From contig CM059432.1 in assembly GCA_030390025.1 (NCBI GenBank), forward strand, positions 63,180,001 to 63,244,000: 64,000 nucleotides of DNA. The letters run 5' to 3'. Of the stretch, positions 61,076 through 64,000 are shown piece after piece (positions within the stretch are counted from its first letter, which is position 1; the number at the start of each line of letters is the position of its first letter). The notes under the pieces are model-generated. The model did no database searches. It worked only from the letters and a program-made list of their open reading frames with translations, and was not told where the DNA came from. The stretch comes from Squalus acanthias (Eukaryota). The position numbers and the translations under genes were made by a program.

Positions 61076-64000
61076 GGCCTAGAAATTGGATATGGCCACG
61101 AAACGGGCAGTGTTAAAGCCCAATGATGTTAAGCTGCGCCACCTCAAAATGGTCTAGGTAGCATGCAAAATTCATGCTCGGTCCTCATTAACATGATTAT
61201 AGTCTTGATTTCAGCGTTAAAACTGCTGCTCATTGGCTTAACGCTGAACAGGTGGACCAATATCGGGTCCAGTGTAATTCCCAGTCATGTGTGGCACAGG
61301 CTTTATTCAGTACTAAAAGGGGAGGTGCATTGAGGCTACAGCACCTCATTGTTAAACCACTCAGAACTGTAGCTATGAGAAGAAGAAGAAGGTGCTGCAA
61401 AGCCATGGCAGAATGTCCTCAAAGGGAGAGCGCCTGGAGATTTTCCGACGTGGCTCTGGAGGCACTGGTTGTAGCACTGGAAAGGAGGCGGGCTGTCCTC
61501 TTCCCACATAGTGGAAGGAAGCCCTCACCACACACCTAATGAAGGCTGTGGCAGGAGATAGATGCCCACTTAAGGAAAGACATCCTTGCTCTCGAGGCAG
61601 TGCAAAAAAGGTTCACTCGGTTAATCCCGGGGATGAGGGGGTGGTCATATGAGGAGAGGTTGGGTAGATTGGGACTCTACTCATTGGAGTTCAGAAGAAT
61701 GAGAGGCGATCTTATTGAAACATATAAGATTGTGAAGGGGTTGGATCGGGTGGATGTGGGGAGGATGTTCCCGATGACGGGTGAGACGAGAACTAGGGGA
61801 CATAGTCTTAGAATAAGGGGCTGCTCTTTCAAAACTGAGATGAGGAGGAACTACTTCACTCAGAGGGTGGTAGGTCCATGGAATATGCTGCCACAAAAAG
61901 CTGTAGAAGCTACAACATTAATTAAATTTAAAACAGAAATAGACAGTTTCCTAGAAGTAAAGGGCATTAAGGGTTACGGGGAGCGGGCAGGAATTTGGAC
62001 ATGAGTCTAGGTTCGGATCGGTCATGGCCCTGTGGGTAGTGGAGCGGGCCCAGGGACTGTGTAGCCTGATTCTGCTCCTATTTCGTGTGTGCAATTCTGT
62101 TAGATGCAGGAGATGGTTCTGTGATAGATAGTAGATTGGCGGTTAGGATCAGATCAGCCATGATCTTATTGAATGGCGGAGCAGGCTCGAGGGGCCGATT
62201 GGCCTACTCCTGCTCCTATTTCTTATGTTCTTATGTATGTTCTTATGTCACAGCCAGCACTGTGGTGTCTAGGTCGGCCATCCAGTGCCAAAAATAGTTT
62301 AATGACCTCATACGGCAGGTCAAGGTGAGTGAAGGCTTCAGCAACTGCCATATCCCACCATCTGCACTACAAACCTTACACACTACTCAATGCACCACAC
62401 CCCCATCACTCACCTATCAACAATTTCTACCTATCAACACTCACACCTCATAATCAGAGCTTCACTGCACTCTCACAGCCTTACCACTGCTGCAACACTC
62501 ACACCCGCATCTCATTCCTTGCACACACTGACAGCTATTCAACTATGGCAGGCACATCACCCAAACACATTGCACCGCACTCACTGACACACTTCTCTTT
62601 CTCTTGCAGGCCAAGGTCGCGCATAACCAAAGGGAGCAGCGTGAGACTGGCGGGGGTCAGGCTGACACCCACGACCTCAGCCAGCTGGAGGAGAGAGTGA
62701 TGGACATCATTGGGCGGCAGAGCATAGAGGCCGTAGCAACCGGCGAGGTTGAACCTCTTGGGGACAAGAACAGTATGCTCATTCCTAATCCTTCTTCTCA
62801 CATCCCACTTTCCCCTCATCCCACAATCTCTTCTCACTTTCAAGCTGCTGATGCTGTATGCATGGATATCTTGCTTAACCCCACCCTCCCATCACCATAA
62901 CCCAACTCTTGTGCCTTTCTGCTTTCAGATAATCAGCAACAAGCACTCGAGCAGCCTGTCCCCGAGGTGATACACGAGAGCAAGGGGGGAGAAGAAGAAA
63001 AAGAAGACACAGCGTCTCTGCATCTGTCACGCGAAGACACCAGTTCAGAAACTGGCACTGCGCGGACTTTAGAAGCTAGTGTAGAAGTGGGATCCGCACA
63101 GGGTGAGGCACTGGGCATGAGTGGGCTGCAGCAAGGCCAGGGAGAAAGGGTAGTTCGGGGGCCAGCTCCCCGGAGGGCGAGTTCACGGGCGAGTTCTGCT
63201 GCACAGGACTTAGATGAGGACCTCGAAGGGGGCGTCCACCTCCAACATTGCACGGGGCTCTGCGCAGAGCTTGGAGCCCAGGATTTCCAGGATGGAAATG
63301 ATGGAAGACTCCCGAAGAGACCATGTCGACCCAGACGTGATGGGTGATGTCGTGGCTGTCATTGCAGCACAGGCGGAAGCGACCCACCATTTTAGTGCTG
63401 CAGCAGAAGCGCAGACCGCTCTCATGAAGTCTCAGCTTGATGCCACCTAAGCTCAGACTGCTGCCATCATGGCTGGGTTTACCAGTATCGTACGGGGCTT
63501 GCAGGGTGTCACAGCAGCCCAGCAAGCTGTCCTCCAAAAGATTGCTAGGAATGCTGAGGCGCTGCCCCGGGGGAGTGGCCGTGGGTCTGTGGAGCAAGAA
63601 CCTGCTGTCCTCTCTCAGGATGACAGCATTCCTGCTCCCACCATTGCCACTCCGCCCTTGCCCTTGCCACTGCCTGTCAGCCAGCCAGCCCAGACTGCCG
63701 CCGCCCATGCCAAGGTAGTACAGTCTGCAGCTGAGCCTTCTAGGGCCAGAGCTGCTCGAGGTCGCCCTGCAAGGCCATCTGAAGTGTCCCCCATGCTCCA
63801 CCAGCCCTGCTGCAGCCACTGGTGGAGCACTCCGTAGAAGGCACTAAGAGATCGCACAAGGGTGATTAGTTCATGTCGTTACTGTAAATGTGTGTGATGT
63901 GATTTTTGATCAATTTATTAATTTTGTTTGGAATTTTTTGTGATGTCTCTCACTTCAGTTTTGTGCCCAGGAGGACGCTGTGATATTTCGTGTCAGAGGG
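61076..64000 (+). mobile_element. Harbinger element with a three-exon Myb-like gene (ATG 61405; exon 1 ends 62324; exon 2 62610-62772; exon 3 from 62929); runs off the window
   Basis: TIR GGCCTAGAAATTGG; RESAWRFSDVALEALVVALERRRAVLFP; canonical GT/AG sites; AKVAHNQREQRETGGG. Confidence 0.78.
61565..62247 (+). mobile_element. CR1 3' fragment inserted into Myb exon 1
   Basis: QKRFTRLIPGMRGWSYEERLGRLGLYSLEFRRMRGDL; (TTCTTATG)n tail. Confidence 0.9.

Overview
Eukaryotic, repeat-dominated vertebrate DNA. The mix of CR1, L2, Penelope, tRNA/Deu-type SINE and PIF/Harbinger elements suggests a cartilaginous fish (inference, not proven). No intact host protein-coding gene could be supported. The window is largely a nested transposon landscape. 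It holds three Penelope-like element (PLE) remnants carrying minimal hammerhead-ribozyme motifs, and many PIF/Harbinger derivatives (HARBI1-like transposase fragments, three-exon Myb/SANT-like accessory genes, GC-rich MITEs with TIRs and 3-bp TSDs). It also holds two CR1-type LINE families, including a young copy covering most of ORF2, plus L2 fragments, SINEs and a Tigger/pogo relic. A ~2.4 kb CCAATCCATTGCTGA-core minisatellite appears to have expanded inside a MITE. The most notable signals are the hammerhead motifs (one pair in inverted orientation), the MITE-born minisatellite next to an unexpanded sister copy, a ~437-bp near-perfect inverted duplication, and repeated transposase-less Harbinger elements that kept a spliced Myb-like gene. 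Family names come from motif recognition only. No database search was run, and many boundaries are approximate.
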